Below, piece after piece: positions 26,119 to 35,100 of a DNA stretch of 57,134 nucleotides. Below the pieces are notes generated by a model. That model ran no database searches. It was not told the origin of the DNA and saw only the letters and a program-made list of their open reading frames with translations. Location of the stretch: contig CAYYMU010000001.1 in the NCBI GenBank assembly GCA_964472445.1, forward strand, positions 1-57,134, written 5' to 3'. Within the stretch, counting starts at the first letter, position 1. Each line of letters starts with the position of its first letter. The position numbers were made by a program, and so were the translations under genes. Origin of the DNA: an uncultured Desulfobacteraceae bacterium (GTDB taxonomy: Bacteria > Desulfobacterota > Desulfobacteria > Desulfobacterales > ETH-SRB1).

Positions 26119-26514
26119 TCAGGCTAAAAATTTTTTCAACATAGCTGCCATCTCTTCCGGCTCAACCGGCTTTTCAATATATACTTCAGGTTCTGGTATA
26201 GTCTGACCTTCAGCCTCGGAAAGAGCTTTCTGCGAACGGATAAAAGTCCTTTTTGCTATTCCTGAAAATACCATCACAGGAATATCGCTTAGGTTGGGAT
26301 CTGTTTTTACTTCACGGTACATTTTAATACCACTTTCCTTTGGCATTAATATGTCTAAAATTATCAGATCGGGCTTTTCTTTCCGTATCTTTTTAAGAGC
26401 TTCTTCGCCGTTAACAGCAACTTCAGGCTTAAAGCCACTATCTTCAACTACAGTTGAACAAAATGTTCTCACATCAGCATCATCATCGACAATTAAAACT
26501 CTTTTCTCCATCAT
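26119..26514 (-). CDS. Single-domain CheY-like response regulator
   Basis: Receiver motifs VLIVDDD, DLIILDILMP and a conserved Lys region. AGGAGG precedes ATG 26514, so the ORF-track start at 26544 was trimmed. Confidence 0.85.
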   Translation of the reverse strand: MMEKRVLIVDDDADVRTFCSTVVEDSGFKPEVAVNGEEALKKIRKEKPDLIILDILMPKESGIKMYREVKTDPNLSDIPVMVFSGIAKRTFIRSQKALSEAEGQTIPEPEVYIEKPVEPEEMAAMLKKFLA

Positions 26515-26662
26515 CGTCCTCCTTTTACTCTGAGACTTTTGCAAAATATACTTAAATTAACAATTTTTATCTACTGAAAACCAGTAAATTTTCGAGTAAG
26601 TTTTTCGTTTGATTGAAAAAAATTTATCTACTATATTGATTTTTAAAATATTACAAGAAAAA

Positions 26663-28231
26663 TTATTTTTTGTCTCCTGGCTCATTATTAGGAAGCTGGA
26701 TAGTAAATTTTGTTCCTTTGCCTGATTGCGATTCAACATCTATGGTTCCGCCATGTTCATGTATTGTTTTTTGGGTGACCAGCAACCCAAGGCCAGTTCC
26801 TCTCGATCCTTTTGTGCTGAAAAATTGAGCAAAAAGTTTTTCCTGCACCTCTTTATCCATGCCACAACCATTATCAACAACTTCAAAAACAACTCCGCCA
26901 TCTTCTTTCTGTAAAACATTTACCTGTACCTGCCAATCCTTCTCAGTATCAGGATCAAAAATACAGGCATCAATTGCATTTGAGACTAAATTGGTAAGGC
27001 TGGTATGTACACCTTTTGGATCTAAATATACCTTTCCAATATCCTTATTGAGATTACATACTATTTCAATATTATTTTCTTTTGCTTTCTCTTCCAAAAG
27101 CTCACAGACTTCACCTGCTATAGTATTTGGATCGCAATTCTCATATTCAGGCTCACGTTCCTTGGAATAGCTTAGCAGGTCCAGAACAAGGCCGGACACC
27201 CTGCCAATATTTCTTTCCACCATATCCCAGCCTGTTTTTAATTTGCTGTCAGGATATCCCTGAGCTAACGCATCTTTCTGGCCGTCTTGAAACATCTTCC
27301 CAAATGCTGAGTTAACAATATAAACTCCGCCTTTAAGCCCGTTGAGAATATTTTTTATGCCATGGGCAAGGCCGGCTACTGTCTGGCCGACAGCCACCAG
27401 TCTTTCCGACTGAATTAATTCTTTTTGCAGTTGTTTAATTTCTCTAAGATCCTGGAAAAAGCCAACACTGCCTATAGGTCTTTCGTCTTCACAAAGTATC
27501 GCGCCTGAAAATCTGACCGGCACCAATTCACCTTTTTTTGCCTTTAAAAACGTATCCTGTCCTGTAAAAATAACATTAGCACAACTTGTCCTGCCTGAAA
27601 AAGCGGCAGAGATCTTCTGCATTATCTCTTCAGGATAAAGATCTTCTGCTTTTTTTTCTCTTTTAACTTCATTCTCGGTATATCCAAAAAGTTTTTCAGC
27701 AGCCTTGTTAAATATTATAATATTATCTTCTCTGTCAGTGGCAATAATTCCATCAATCGACCGCTGTACAAGTTTATTCTCAAATTCATATCTTCTCTTT
27801 ATCTCTTCTGTTTTATCCTTTACCATTTTCCACAATTCATTGGCATACCTGTTCAATATCTTTTTCGTTTTCAGCCGATCCTCAGCCCTTTCAAGAGCAA
27901 CTGAAAGGACCTGATCGCTAACCGGCTTGTTAATGAAATCTGATGCACCCAGATGAAGAGACTGAACTGCGGATTCCATATCACCATGACCGGTAATAAC
28001 AATAACCTCTGTGCTTGGATTAATTTTTTTTATCTCCTTTAAAACCTGTATACCGTTCATGCCGGGCATTTTTATATCGGTAAGCACTATTGGAAAAAAT
28101 TCTTTTTTAAAAAAATTAATGCCCTCTTGTCCGCTCTCAGCGGCTACCACTTCATACCCATCGCTTTTAAGAGACATGCTGAGAAGTTTTCTAATACCTT
28201 CTTCATCGTCAATCAGTAATATTTTTGACAT
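26663..28231 (-). CDS. Hybrid protein: N-terminal receiver, PAS-like domain, HisKA and HATPase histidine kinase
   Basis: ILLIDDEEG...TDIKMPGMNG receiver, H-box LAHGIKNIL, and N/G boxes (NLVSNAID, DNGCGM, GTGLGL). ATG 28231 lies 2 nt after the upstream stop with a GGAG RBS. Confidence 0.85.
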   Translation of the reverse strand: MSKILLIDDEEGIRKLLSMSLKSDGYEVVAAESGQEGINFFKKEFFPIVLTDIKMPGMNGIQVLKEIKKINPSTEVIVITGHGDMESAVQSLHLGASDFINKPVSDQVLSVALERAEDRLKTKKILNRYANELWKMVKDKTEEIKRRYEFENKLVQRSIDGIIATDREDNIIIFNKAAEKLFGYTENEVKREKKAEDLYPEEIMQKISAAFSGRTSCANVIFTGQDTFLKAKKGELVPVRFSGAILCEDERPIGSVGFFQDLREIKQLQKELIQSERLVAVGQTVAGLAHGIKNILNGLKGGVYIVNSAFGKMFQDGQKDALAQGYPDSKLKTGWDMVERNIGRVSGLVLDLLSYSKEREPEYENCDPNTIAGEVCELLEEKAKENNIEIVCNLNKDIGKVYLDPKGVHTSLTNLVSNAIDACIFDPDTEKDWQVQVNVLQKEDGGVVFEVVDNGCGMDKEVQEKLFAQFFSTKGSRGTGLGLLVTQKTIHEHGGTIDVESQSGKGTKFTIQLPNNEPGDKK

Positions 28232-28232
28232 A

Positions 28233-30323
28233 TCAATTCTCCGATGCATGTAAAAAAACAGGAAATCTCAACTCAAAGGTTGTGCCAACACGTTCTGTGC
28301 TACTTACCTCAACTGTTCCTCCATAGTCATGGACAATTCCATAACTTATGGACATGCCAAGCCCTGTACCCTTACCAACATCCTTGGTGGTAAAAAAGGG
28401 CTCAAATATTCTCTCTACGTTGCTGCCAGGAATACCTATACCAGTATCAGCTACAATAACCACAATCTGATTTTCCTGCACAAATGATTTTATTGCCATA
28501 GTTTTTTTAAACTCTGGCCCTATTTTATCGACCTTTTCATCTATAGCATCCACTGCATTAGTTACCAGATTGATAAAAACCTGCTCAAGCCGGTTGTTAT
28601 CAGCCATTATGGGTGGCAAATCTTCGGCTAATTCAAGATCAACTTCTATCTGATGCAATCTTAGCTGCTGGCCCAATACTTTAAATACATCTCTGATGGG
28701 CTTATTAATATCTACCATTGACTGCACAGAAGGAGATATTCGGGAAAACTCCCTTAAATGATTAATAATTGAGGATGCTCTATCCACATAGCTGCTCATT
28801 TCTTCAGACACTGTTTTCAAGTCTTCAATATCTATTTTTTTACCTTGTTTAACTATTTTCTCAATAAAATTACTTCCAATCTTGATAACATTTAAAGGCT
28901 GATTTAATTCATGGGCTATACCAGAAGCCATGGTGCCTATAGTAGTCATTTTGCTGGCCTGTACTAACTGGGCTTCCTTTTGTATGCTTTTTGTAATATC
29001 AGTAGTTGCCACAATTAACACTTTTTTCCCCATATATGTTGACGGGCAAGCCATAATATTTACATAAAACATACTCTTATCCTTATGCACATGCCTTTTT
29101 TTTGTAAAGAAGCCCCTTTGGCCGGAGGAAAGTTTTTGGAACCCGTCTATAACTTCTCCGACTTGTTTATGGCCCAAATCGCTGAAAGACATTTTAATTA
29201 ATTCTTCCCTCGAATAACCGTAAGTATCAATGACCCGTTCATTGATATCCAGAATTTTAAAATTATCCCTGTCTATAATAAAAATTGGATCAGGATTGGT
29301 ATTAAACAACAGTCTATATTTTTCCTCAGATGATCTGAGCTCTTTCTCATAAGCTCTCACCTTATAAAGCATGTGCTGAAAAGAGTCCCCGAGTCTGACG
29401 ATTTCATCTCCTTTATAGTTCTGATAAATGGGACACTCCATACATTGATCTAGCTTTCCCGGAAATTTTCCTGATGGTTCACCAAAGCACAGTGTATCTT
29501 GAACATACCAGCAGGGTATATTGTCATTCTTATAAGCCGGACAATCTGTTTTGTTGCAACGCAGCAATTCCCAGCATGATATGGATCTTTCAGAAAATTT
29601 ATCAAAAACACAGGAATGTTCTTCACGGCTGATCTTATCAACAGCCCTGGTCAGCTTAACAATAGGTCGGATGGCATATCTGTTCAGCCACAGAGTCAGA
29701 AAAAAACCAAGCGCTAATACTGATGTAATAGCTCTGAGTATATTCTGGTTTCGCACAGAGGTAACTGTTTGCTGAATCGGCGCCCAGCTAAAACCAACCG
29801 ACAAAACCCCCAAAAGCTTTTTTTCATTTCCGTGACATTTATAACAGGCCTTTTCATTATAAACAGGAATAGCATAGCTTAATGTTTTTGCCTTACAGCC
29901 TTTACAATATCGCTTTTCAACGCCATGTTCTATTTCTTTTGTCCTGAATGCTGTCAGGGTAACAATAGACTTTGTCTTCCTGTTGATATCATCAGGGGCT
30001 TTCCCGTTACGCTTTATAATACCTATGTCATCGCAGAGATGAACCACCTCCATATCTTCAAGGGTTCCAAGTCGTTCCAGTATAGCCTGAACCTGGTCCA
30101 TTTCGCCGTCAAGCATTGGATACTCTATGCTTTTCATAACAGTATCACTTATTTCCATGGCCATTTTCTTGTGATATTCCGTATAATTACGAATTTGAGT
30201 AAAAACATCAAAATAACTAAATGTGCCCAGCACAATAAGCAGAATTATGCTCATGCCCAGTATTATTCTGATTCTTAAACTTCCTGATATGAATTGTTTT
30301 AAATTTACCCAGCTAAACATCAA
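28233..30323 (-). CDS. Sensor histidine kinase with periplasmic CxxCH (heme c) domain and cytoplasmic 8-Cys module
   Basis: 696 aa with TM helices at about aa 20-38 and 196-214. CYKCH lies in the intervening domain. A Cys-rich stretch at aa 238-297 carries two CW dipeptides. This is followed by a PAS-like domain, the H-box IAHELNQPL, and HATPase motifs. Confidence 0.85.
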   Translation of the reverse strand: MMFSWVNLKQFISGSLRIRIILGMSIILLIVLGTFSYFDVFTQIRNYTEYHKKMAMEISDTVMKSIEYPMLDGEMDQVQAILERLGTLEDMEVVHLCDDIGIIKRNGKAPDDINRKTKSIVTLTAFRTKEIEHGVEKRYCKGCKAKTLSYAIPVYNEKACYKCHGNEKKLLGVLSVGFSWAPIQQTVTSVRNQNILRAITSVLALGFFLTLWLNRYAIRPIVKLTRAVDKISREEHSCVFDKFSERSISCWELLRCNKTDCPAYKNDNIPCWYVQDTLCFGEPSGKFPGKLDQCMECPIYQNYKGDEIVRLGDSFQHMLYKVRAYEKELRSSEEKYRLLFNTNPDPIFIIDRDNFKILDINERVIDTYGYSREELIKMSFSDLGHKQVGEVIDGFQKLSSGQRGFFTKKRHVHKDKSMFYVNIMACPSTYMGKKVLIVATTDITKSIQKEAQLVQASKMTTIGTMASGIAHELNQPLNVIKIGSNFIEKIVKQGKKIDIEDLKTVSEEMSSYVDRASSIINHLREFSRISPSVQSMVDINKPIRDVFKVLGQQLRLHQIEVDLELAEDLPPIMADNNRLEQVFINLVTNAVDAIDEKVDKIGPEFKKTMAIKSFVQENQIVVIVADTGIGIPGSNVERIFEPFFTTKDVGKGTGLGMSISYGIVHDYGGTVEVSSTERVGTTFELRFPVFLHASEN

Positions 30324-30400
30324 AAATTCCCTCTCAAACCCAAAAATAAATCCGGGTTTAAATTTCTAAACTTGTCAGGAACAGAGGTTTGCGTCTTCTC

Positions 30401-30832
30401 TCAATATCCTGGATGCTTGTGGCCGCTGTGACAGGCTGTGCAGACATTCTTTGGAATGCTCAGCGTCTTTTGATGCTCGAGTTTGGTAGGTGCCCTGAGA
30501 TGCAGACTGGCTGGACCATGACAGCTTTCACATTGTTTATTAATCATGCCTGGAGTTTCCTGAACGTTTGAAAAACCTCCTGATTTTCCATATCCCGTGG
30601 TATGACATGGAAGACAGTTTGGATCATTATCTTTTTTTCTCATTTGTATAATCCGAAAATTTTTTGAGTATTTCCAGGAATAATAGCTCTCAACATGTTC
30701 CAGATGACATTCTTTACACTTTTTCATTCCTACATATACTGCCTCTGCTGTTTTTTCTTCGCCGGAAAAAACTGTACCAGAAAAAACCATCAAAAAGGAT
30801 ATCGCAATTAAAACAAAGAATCTATCTTTCAT
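30401..30832 (-). CDS. Periplasmic tetraheme cytochrome c (cytochrome c554-like family)
   Basis: Signal peptide MKDRFFVLIAISFLMVFSGTVFS. Four CxxCH motifs (CKECH, CLPCHTTGYG, CESCH, CTACH). The ORF-track start at 30856 overlaps the upstream gene, so ATG 30832 is preferred. Confidence 0.8.
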   Translation of the reverse strand: MKDRFFVLIAISFLMVFSGTVFSGEEKTAEAVYVGMKKCKECHLEHVESYYSWKYSKNFRIIQMRKKDNDPNCLPCHTTGYGKSGGFSNVQETPGMINKQCESCHGPASLHLRAPTKLEHQKTLSIPKNVCTACHSGHKHPGY

Positions 30833-30842
30833 GATAACCGCC

Positions 30843-32714
30843 TTATTCATCCACATGATTGAGATTATATTTTTTCAGCTTTGCATACAACGTGCTTCGG
30901 CTGATGTTAAGCTTTTTTGCGACCTGGGACTTGTTCCACTGATATTCTTCCAAAACCCCGGTTAAAAATTTTCTTTCATTTTCCTGAAAAGAACTTATTG
31001 TATCTTCTTTATCTGCAATAGAAAATATATTTGGGGGGAAATTTTGTTCATTAATATATTCATCCTTAGTAAGAATAAAAGAATGCTCAATAATATTTTC
31101 CAGCTCTCTGACATTGCCAGGCCAGCTGTAATTTATCAGCAAATTCATAGCATTGGAAGAAATCCCTTTGACCTTTTTATCCCCTCGCGAGTTGAGCTTT
31201 TGCAAGAAATATTCTACTAAAAGTGATATATCGCTGCGTCTTACTCTTAAAGGAGGAACATTTACCGGAATAACATTTAAACGATAATACAAATCCTCAC
31301 GAAAGTTTCCTTTTTCCACTTCTTTACTTAAATCCTTGTTCGTAGCTGTTATTACCCTGGCATCGACATCTATGGTTTTTGTTCCGCCCAACCTTTCGAA
31401 TTTTTGGAATTGAAGAAATCTGAGAAGCTTCACCTGTGAAATTAAAGGAATTTCTCCTATTTCATCAAGAAAAAGTGTCCCTTTATTCGCCAACTCAAAG
31501 CGTCCGATCTTTTTATGTGTAGCGCCGGTAAAGGCTCCTTTCTCATGGCCGAACAATTCGCTTTCTAATAATGTGTGAGGGTAAGCTGAACAGTTTACAA
31601 TGACAAAACGGCCTTCTTTTCTACGGCTGTACGAATGTACTGCTTTTGCAATAAGTTCCTTTCCAGATCCGCTTTCTCCCTGAATCAAAACCGTTGCATT
31701 GGTAGGAGCTATATCTAAAATCAAATTATAAATCTGGCGCATCTTATGATCTTTTCCTATTATGCCTCCAAAACCTGAAAATGTTTTAACCTTTTCATCT
31801 AATCCTTTCAGCCTTTCCTCGTTCAGGGCTATTCTTCTGATATCACCGGCAACCTGTGAAAGCATTAGATGAAAAAAACGTGAATCATCTTTTGAAAAAA
31901 CATTAACATCTGATGCCAGCAAAATCACTCCCCCCGCAATATCCTTTTTACCTATCGGAACAACAGATAAGGACTTATAATTTGCATAGTTTTTCAACCA
32001 CCTGCAGCCAAAAGGATTAAGTTCGCCAATATCCATTGGAGTACATATCGAATTGATAAAAGATACAAGCTCCTCTTTATCCTCTACTGACGGGCATCTA
32101 TAACCATCGACATTAACAAATCCGTCTTTTTCCCGGTTAAAAACAAAAGGCATAACTTCTTCAAACAAAAATATATCTTTGATTCGTTCGATTATAAAAT
32201 CAAAGGCATCGGCCAGATATTTTTTATCACCAAGGTTATATGTAACATTGCAAATAGCCTTAATTTCCTTGTGTGATTTCTCAAGCGCTTCGGTCTTTTC
32301 CTTTACAGCCGTTTCAAGATTTAATGTATAACGCTTAAGTTTTTGTCTGGTTTTTAATTTAGCTTCAGCGCGTCGCAGAGCCATTGAAAGCGTGTGTTTG
32401 TTAATAGGTTTTTCTATAAAATCAGAAGCGTCCAACTGTATTGATTTAACGGCCTTTTCCAAATCTCCGTAACCTGTTATTATAATAATTTCTGTATCCG
32501 GATTTATCTGCTTTATTTTTTTTAATACCTCAATTCCGTTCATACCGGGCATTTTAATATCTGTTAAAACAATAGAAGGCTCCTCCTTTTTGAACAGCTC
32601 AATACCTCTTTCCCCATTTTCAGCTGTTATAACATCATATCCGTCATCTCTAAGAGATATGCTCAATAATTTTCTAATGCCTTCTTCATCATCTATAAGT
32701 AACAGTTTCAACAC
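30843..32714 (-). CDS. Sigma-54-dependent response regulator (receiver, GAF-like domain, AAA+, Fis HTH)
   Basis: 623 aa with a canonical receiver. The AAA+ motifs are intact: GESGSGKE, GHEKGAFTGA, LFLDEIGE and FREDLYYRLNV. C-terminal HTH. Confidence 0.9.
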   Translation of the reverse strand: MLKLLLIDDEEGIRKLLSISLRDDGYDVITAENGERGIELFKKEEPSIVLTDIKMPGMNGIEVLKKIKQINPDTEIIIITGYGDLEKAVKSIQLDASDFIEKPINKHTLSMALRRAEAKLKTRQKLKRYTLNLETAVKEKTEALEKSHKEIKAICNVTYNLGDKKYLADAFDFIIERIKDIFLFEEVMPFVFNREKDGFVNVDGYRCPSVEDKEELVSFINSICTPMDIGELNPFGCRWLKNYANYKSLSVVPIGKKDIAGGVILLASDVNVFSKDDSRFFHLMLSQVAGDIRRIALNEERLKGLDEKVKTFSGFGGIIGKDHKMRQIYNLILDIAPTNATVLIQGESGSGKELIAKAVHSYSRRKEGRFVIVNCSAYPHTLLESELFGHEKGAFTGATHKKIGRFELANKGTLFLDEIGEIPLISQVKLLRFLQFQKFERLGGTKTIDVDARVITATNKDLSKEVEKGNFREDLYYRLNVIPVNVPPLRVRRSDISLLVEYFLQKLNSRGDKKVKGISSNAMNLLINYSWPGNVRELENIIEHSFILTKDEYINEQNFPPNIFSIADKEDTISSFQENERKFLTGVLEEYQWNKSQVAKKLNISRSTLYAKLKKYNLNHVDE

Positions 32715-32884
32715 AGCTTTTCTCCCAATTAAAGCAAAAGAAATCCTTTAAAACCCATAACAAATAAAATGAATGCTGAACCCGAGTAAACATCTTATTC
32801 GCCCTTTTAATAGGGCATTACCTCATAACTTGTCAACATAATTAGCAATTAAGTGTGGCTGTAAAAAATAGATGCGTCTTGATT

Positions 32885-33119
32885 GATGGTCTCGTAAAAA
32901 GTCATTTGTAAGCGACATTGAGCAGTTTTGGAAAAAGATTGAAGCTAAAGCTTCCCGGTAAGGAAAATAATCAGTTTTTGGCCGGTCGGATTGAGCCTGG
33001 CGTTAAAAATTGCAAGTTGTTTGAGGGCGTTAGCCCGAGTTCTTGCAATTTAGCCGGGATTAATCTGAATCCCAAAAATGCTCATAGAACGAACAAATCT
33101 TACTTTTTACGACGCCATC
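32885..33119. mobile_element. MITE family 1, 235-bp variant
   Basis: Inverted termini GATGGTCTCGTAAAAAGT / ACTTTTTACGACGCCATC. Flanked by the 6-bp direct duplication TTGATT (32879-32884 and 33120-33125). Internal hairpin AAATTGCAAG...CTTGCAATTT. Confidence 0.85.
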
Positions 33120-33266
33120 TTGATTCAGTAGTATCCACGAACAATAAAACCCTTGAATTAAATATATTTTTTTCGTTGATGTTTTCTGTTTTTTTGATAG
33201 TTTTGTTTAAATAAAAAATTGACCTCAAGAAACAAATCTAAATTTATACCTGAGTGAGACAAAAAA

Positions 33267-34934
33267 ATGAATATAAAACGTGAACACATAGATTTTGACG
33301 TACTTTTTGTTGGAGGTGGACCGGCAAGCCTTGCCGGCGCCATCAGGTTAATGCAGATAGCACGGAAAAATAAAATCAATCTTGATGTGGCTCTTATTGA
33401 AAAAGGGGCTAATATAGGATCTCATGCCCTAAGTGGCGCTATTCTTAATCCTGTTGCATTAAAGGAACTTATTCCGGATTTCCTGGAAAAAGGATGCCCG
33501 ATTGAAACAACCGTAAGGCATGATGAATTCTATTTTTTGACACAAAACAAATGCTACCGTTTTCCATTTATACCCAAATACATGAAAAACAAAGGTTTAT
33601 ATGTTATAAGCCTTTCAAGGTTTACAAAATGGCTTGCGGGAATCGCCGAAGATCTTGGAATAAATATATTTCCTGGTTTTGCTGGTAAAGAGGTTTTATA
33701 TGCCGCGGACAAAAAAAGCATAATCGGAATACGCACAGGAGATAAGGGGCTTGGAAAGAACGGCTCCCGCAGAGACAATTTTGAGCCTGGGATCGATTTG
33801 ATGGCCAAGGCAACTGTGTTTGGTGAAGGAGCCAGAGGAAGCCTTGTTCAGGATGTTACAGACAAGCTTGATATTTTCTCTGGAAGGATGCCACAGGTTT
33901 TTGAAACAGGAATAAAAGAAGTTATTCATCTTCCTGAAAACAATTATTTCACAACCAGCACAGGTAATGACATCCATACACTTGGCTACCCCTTAAGCTT
34001 GGATACTCCGGGAGGCGGGTTTATATATGAAATGGGAGACAACAAAGCAGCTTTGGGTTTTCTTGTAGGTCTTTCATATCAGAACCCTTTGTTCAATGTT
34101 TATGATGAATTCATAAAATTCAAAAAACATCCCTTAATATCAAAAATAATTAAAAACGGGAAAGTAATCGAACAGGGCGCAAGAACAGTCGCCACTGGCG
34201 GATATTATTCCATTCCCAGGATAAGCGTAAATGGGGGAATATTTATAGGCGGCAGTGCATCAATGCAAAACACTCCGGGTCTCAAGGGTATTCATCTATC
34301 TATGAAATCGGGCATGCTCGCGGCAGAAACAATAATAAAAGCCTTTGAAAAAAACAGCTTCACGCAGGAAAATCTTGACTACTATAATAAGCTGGATGAA
34401 AAAAACTGGATGAAAAAAGAGCTCTATGAGGGAAGGAATTTTTCACAGGCTCTATCAAAAAAAGGACCGCTTAAATTTATTCATCTCGGCGCCCAGTATT
34501 TTACCAAAGGCCGTGGAATACAAGACATGATGCCTCTTGAGGAAGATTACAAGACTCTTCGTCCTGCAAGGAAAGGTGAAAACGGTTTTAGTCCTGATAA
34601 AAAGGCTTTTGACAATATTTTATATGTTGACAAACTTACAGGTGTCTATCTGTCCAAGACCATGCACAGGGAGGATCAGCCCTGCCATATTATTATTCAT
34701 AATCAGGATTTGTGTGTTAATGAATGTTTCACAAAATTTCATTGCCCATGCACAAGATTCTGTCCCGGAGATGTATATGAACTCGAAACAGATAGTGAAA
34801 CATCTCAAAAACGGATTAAACTTAATCCTTCCAATTGTCTTCACTGTAAAACCTGCGTTATAAAGGATCCCTACGAAAACATCACATGGACATGCCCTGA
34901 GGGCGGAGATGGGCCGGGTTATACGATACTGTAA
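33267..34934 (+). CDS. Electron-transfer flavoprotein:quinone oxidoreductase (ETF-QO)
   Basis: 555 aa. N-terminal FAD motif VLFVGGGPASLAGA. C-terminal Cys cluster (CPCTRFCP...CLHCKTCVIKDP). Length and layout are typical of ETF-QO. Confidence 0.8.
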   Translation: MNIKREHIDFDVLFVGGGPASLAGAIRLMQIARKNKINLDVALIEKGANIGSHALSGAILNPVALKELIPDFLEKGCPIETTVRHDEFYFLTQNKCYRFPFIPKYMKNKGLYVISLSRFTKWLAGIAEDLGINIFPGFAGKEVLYAADKKSIIGIRTGDKGLGKNGSRRDNFEPGIDLMAKATVFGEGARGSLVQDVTDKLDIFSGRMPQVFETGIKEVIHLPENNYFTTSTGNDIHTLGYPLSLDTPGGGFIYEMGDNKAALGFLVGLSYQNPLFNVYDEFIKFKKHPLISKIIKNGKVIEQGARTVATGGYYSIPRISVNGGIFIGGSASMQNTPGLKGIHLSMKSGMLAAETIIKAFEKNSFTQENLDYYNKLDEKNWMKKELYEGRNFSQALSKKGPLKFIHLGAQYFTKGRGIQDMMPLEEDYKTLRPARKGENGFSPDKKAFDNILYVDKLTGVYLSKTMHREDQPCHIIIHNQDLCVNECFTKFHCPCTRFCPGDVYELETDSETSQKRIKLNPSNCLHCKTCVIKDPYENITWTCPEGGDGPGYTIL

Positions 34935-35100
34935 CCTAAAATGAGCGGTTAGCCATTAGCTTTTAGTCAAACTATATCAAAATGTTATTAAATTCTTATT
35001 TATTTACCTGTTTTACCTGTTGCTTGTTAATAACAAATAATTATACGAATGCACGTTCCATAAGAGCTAACAGCTAATTGCTAATTGCTTAACGCAAAAA

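Noticed and set aside
32998-33014. Sigma-54-like motif TGGCGTTAAAAATTGCA inside MITE family 1, also present in the copy at 39439.
   Set aside because: The GG-to-GC spacing is 11 nt rather than the strictly required 10, and position 5-6 is GT rather than AC. It is probably fortuitous, though outward promoter activity of the MITE cannot be excluded.
32918-33214. 98-aa ORF spanning MITE copy B.
   Set aside because: It lies almost entirely within a repeated non-coding element whose other copies carry deletions that would break the frame. It has a TTG-type start and no RBS.
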